This document shows positions 62,234-64,000 of a stretch of DNA of 64,000 bases, one piece after another. Within the stretch, counting starts at the first letter, position 1, and every line of letters starts with the position of its first letter. Both the position numbers and the translations under genes were made by a program. The stretch lies in NCBI GenBank assembly GCA_934699585.1, contig CAKUWY010000006.1, positions 44,797 through 108,796 on the forward strand, read 5' to 3'. The notes beneath the pieces were generated by a model. That model made no database searches. It was not told the origin of the DNA and worked only from the letters and a program-made list of their open reading frames with translations. The DNA comes from an uncultured Fibrobacter sp. (GTDB lineage: Bacteria; Fibrobacterota; Fibrobacteria; Fibrobacterales; Fibrobacteraceae).

Positions 62234-62327
62234 GTCATTGCGAGCGTAGCGAAGCAATCCACCCCTAATCGTCATCCTGGAGCCGCAGGTCCCTGAGCCT
62301 GTCGAAGGGCGCGACGATAGGATCCAC
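62234..62327 (+). repeat. Two REP-like elements in direct orientation downstream of leuD
   Basis: GTCATTGCGAGCGTAGCGAAGCAATCCAC (62234-62262) and GTCATCCTGGAG..GACGATAGGATCCAC (62271-62327). Confidence 0.6.
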
Positions 62328-62340
62328 AAGCAAATCAAAA

Positions 62341-62370
62341 GCGTCCAGGTTCAAAGCCTGGGCGTTTTTT
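62341..62370 (+). terminator. Intrinsic terminator of the leuCD unit
   Basis: gcgtccagg-ttcaaag-cctgggcgt (9 bp including two G-T pairs) followed by TTTTTT. Confidence 0.7.
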
Positions 62371-62406
62371 ATATTTATAATAAAAGTTTTGACGAAATCT
62401 ATATAA

Positions 62407-62700
62407 ATGAAAATCAAATTTATCGCATTGATTATTACAACACTAATACTAACTTGCTGTGCACAAAATTATGCAAGTAAGGAAGGGGCAATCAGCCTAT
62501 ATCGAGAAAAAGAACTTCTAGATGTACACTGTTACTTGCAAACTAACGATTCTGTTTACATTTTAAAATCAACGGATTCATCATCTCTCCTGTATCAAAA
62601 AAACTATGAAAACGGTTCAAGATGCCAAGGGTGGATTTCAAACTCAAAGCTAGATTCTGTACCGCTTATATTCGTAGAGCATAAGTTTTTTTTGTTTTAG
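62407..62700 (+). CDS. Small lipoprotein, unknown function, visibly AT-rich
   Basis: MKIKFIALIITTLILTCCAQN (lipobox). 97 aa. Its composition differs from the flanking genes. Confidence 0.45.
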   Translation: MKIKFIALIITTLILTCCAQNYASKEGAISLYREKELLDVHCYLQTNDSVYILKSTDSSSLLYQKNYENGSRCQGWISNSKLDSVPLIFVEHKFFLF

Positions 62701-62712
62701 GGCGGAGCCCTA
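62694..62712 (+). repeat. Junction motif GTTTTAGGGCGGAGCCCTA (copy 1 of 3)
   Basis: Contains the hairpin TAGGGC-gga-GCCCTA and overlaps the stop of the small lipoprotein gene. Confidence 0.6.
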
Positions 62713-62784
62713 GGCAAAGGGGAAGCGGAAGACTTGCCATGGGCCCTATCGCTCCGCTCCAGGGTGACAGAAGGGCAAGGCTGT

Positions 62785-62910
62785 AGCGACCTTTGGACAC
62801 TTGGCCTTTTATACGACTCTTAGTGCTTTAGCACTTAGTGGAGTTATGCCCTTTGGGTAAGGCCTTAGTGTACATGGCCGCCTTTAAGTGGTGAGGAGGC
62901 TTCCCCCTAC
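62785..62910 (+). repeat. Dispersed ~126-nt structured repeat, copy B
   Basis: Positions 62785-62879 are identical to 38793-38887. Confidence 0.9.
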
Positions 62911-62958
62911 CCTTTCTCACAAAATTTTATATATTATGATTATACCGGTGAGGTTTAT

Positions 62959-63225
62959 ATGAATGCCATAAGACCCGTTTCAGACTTGCAAGATTGTCTC
63001 GAAGACATTTCCAAGACCGTCCACGAATCTGGACAGCCTGTGTTCTTGACTAAAGACGGCTATGGCGACATGGTTCTTATGAGCATGGAAGCGTTCGCCC
63101 ATTTTCAAATTGAAAATGAAATCTACGTCAAGTTGCACGAGGCCGAACTGCAGGCGCAAGAATCCACCAAAAGATATACTTCTGAAGAAATCCTAAAAGA
63201 AATCGGACAACTTACCGCTGTATGA
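62959..63225 (+). CDS. Type II antitoxin, Phd/YefM family
   Basis: MNAIRPVSDLQDCLEDISKTVHESGQPVFLTKDGYGDMVLMSMEAF.. has the Phd/YefM pattern. Overlaps the toxin gene by 4 nt. Confidence 0.75.
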   Translation: MNAIRPVSDLQDCLEDISKTVHESGQPVFLTKDGYGDMVLMSMEAFAHFQIENEIYVKLHEAELQAQESTKRYTSEEILKEIGQLTAV

Positions 63226-63536
63226 ACTACAGAGTAGAATATCTACCCTTAGCCCTGTCAGATTTGAAGAGTGCGGCCACGCACATTTCTAACGAACTCG
63301 GGATGCCCAAAGCCGCAACGGAGCTTATCAAGCGCATCGTTGACGACATTGACTCATTAGCCGATTTTCCATATTCACAGCCAGCCTACACTCCCATAAA
63401 GCCCCTAAAACACGACTTCAGAAAAATGGTCGTACAGAACTATTCCGTTTTCTATTGGGTTGACGAAAACTCTAAAACAATAACAGTTGCTCGAATTCTG
63501 TACAACCGAAGAAACATCACTTCATTAATTCGATAA
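63222..63536 (+). CDS. Type II toxin, RelE/ParE family
   Basis: 104 aa. ..FRKMVVQNYSVFYWVDENSKTITVARILYNRRN.. has a RelE/ParE C-terminal pattern. Confidence 0.75.
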   Translation: MNYRVEYLPLALSDLKSAATHISNELGMPKAATELIKRIVDDIDSLADFPYSQPAYTPIKPLKHDFRKMVVQNYSVFYWVDENSKTITVARILYNRRNITSLIR

Positions 63537-63581
63537 AGACATCTACACAAAAACAATAGAGGTCTCTCGGGATTACTCCAA

Positions 63582-63595
63582 GTTTTAGGGCGGAC
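63582..63595 (+). repeat. Junction motif GTTTTAGGGCGGAC (copy 2 of 3, partial)
   Basis: Sits exactly at the 5' truncation point of the L,D-transpeptidase fragment; its TAG closes the upstream frame. Confidence 0.5.
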
Positions 63596-63611
63596 AGGAT
63601 TCATCAAACCC

Positions 63612-63797
63612 ATGCTCTCCTCACCCATCGATAACATCATGATCCACGGCAATCCGAACAAGGTCCCCGCATTCCTATTTAAATTCTGGCACAAGTGGAA
63701 AGACTGGACCGCCGGCTGCATCGCCGTCACGAACGACGAAATCGAAGAAATCTACGATGCCGTCAAGGACGGCACGCCAATAACCATCAAGCCTTAG
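63612..63797 (+). pseudogene. L,D-transpeptidase (YkuD) catalytic-domain fragment
   Basis: ..IMIHGN..WKDWTAGCIAVTNDEIEEIYDAVKDGTPITIKP is the C-terminal HG...GC active-site segment only (61 aa). Confidence 0.55.
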
Positions 63798-63805
63798 AAA
63801 GCCGA

Positions 63806-63824
63806 GTTTTAGGGCGAAGCCCTA
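63806..63824 (+). repeat. Junction motif GTTTTAGGGCGAAGCCCTA (copy 3 of 3)
   Basis: Hairpin TAGGGC-gaa-GCCCTA. It overlaps the stop codon of the convergent PIN gene. Confidence 0.6.
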
Positions 63825-64000
63825 CCCTAACAAATCAAGCATCTGCCGAGGCGTGACAACAACAGGTGTTTCGGGAAAATGCTTAACATTTCCCGTTACA
63901 AGATGCGTTTCGACTGTTTTGCCGTATGCTAACGCGACTGCATAAAAAACAATGTCCTTAGGGTCCGGCATCGATTCGCAAATTTCAGCCAAGTCAGATT
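63822..64000 (-). CDS. PIN-domain toxin (VapC-like), C-terminal part; N-terminus beyond the window end
   Basis: Hand translation of the minus strand gives ..LAEICESMPDPKDIVFYAVALAYGKTVETHLVTGNVKHFPETPVVVTPRQMLDLLG*, a PIN-family C-terminal pattern. Not in the track because it is open at the edge. Confidence 0.5.
   Translation of the reverse strand, partial: SDLAEICESMPDPKDIVFYAVALAYGKTVETHLVTGNVKHFPETPVVVTPRQMLDLLG

Noticed and set aside
38793-62910. The 95-nt direct repeats as boundaries of a mobile genomic island
   Set aside because: The enclosed 24 kb contains core genes (alr, pheT, leuC, leuD) and no integrase or transposase, so an island interpretation is unlikely. It is reported only as a dispersed repeat and potential recombination substrate.
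62694-63824. Integron attC sites / chromosomal integron
   Set aside because: The motif is about 19 nt, far shorter than attC. It lacks the RYYYAAC/GTTRRRY core pair in the proper arrangement, and no intI gene is in the window. It is kept only as a 'cassette-like' observation.

Overview
This is a 64-kb chromosomal window, most likely from a Fibrobacter (F. succinogenes-like) genome. That inference rests on a lipoprotein with the 'Fibrobacter succinogenes major paralogous domain' signature, Ser-rich lipoproteins and prepilin-type paralogs. All calls come from reading the sequence and ORF translations by eye; no searches were run. About 60 genes are supported.

Gene content:
- Housekeeping: bamA (5' part, open at the window edge), paaK plus an ACT protein, mntP, a U32 peptidase, dnaA (a perfect DnaA box overlaps its GTG start), glyA, yihY, a class-II uvrA paralog, thiH and thiE, tRNA-Lys(UUU), ruvA, an MqnE/MqnC-type radical SAM enzyme, alr, pheT and leuCD.
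- Envelope lipid loci: (i) a minus-strand KS/KR/MMPL/LolA-like set with a divergent acyltransferase (28.6-35.5 kb), reminiscent of aryl-polyene/flexirubin export modules. (ii) A long co-directional block (39.0-54.9 kb). It starts with a 1477-aa BCR/HAD activase-dehydratase fusion (the architecture of the anaerobic plasmalogen synthase PlsR-PlsA) coupled to a POTRA-less Omp85 barrel. It continues with thioesterase, ACP, a fused KS-CLF, KR, DH, acyltransferase, patatin lipase and flavoprotein, and ends with a dedicated Mla/MCE-type transporter (STAS-MlaE, MlaF, MlaD, PqiC-like lipoprotein). This block is my best candidate for an undescribed system.
- Accessory patches: two diverged prepilin-type paralogs wedged between thiH and thiE; a decayed zeta-toxin/RhuM island (37.3-38.9 kb); and a cassette-like toxin-antitoxin patch at the right end (Phd/RelE, an L,D-transpeptidase fragment, a PIN toxin).

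Non-coding structure is unusually rich:
- (a) Intergenic arrays of 7-nt units that each begin with a stop codon. They place stops in all three frames and are often arranged as inverted arms around tetraloop hairpins.
- (b) A REP/REPIN-like hairpin family (GTC-AT[stem]-loop-[stem]AT-C). Copies occur singly, as inverted doublets, as a 4-copy tandem array, and apparently in frame inside three ORFs.
- (c) A 95-nt perfect direct repeat 24 kb apart, plus a diverged inverted copy with a compensatory stem change.
- (d) A tandem hairpin repeat downstream of pheT.

No rRNA, CRISPR array or intact transposase was seen.
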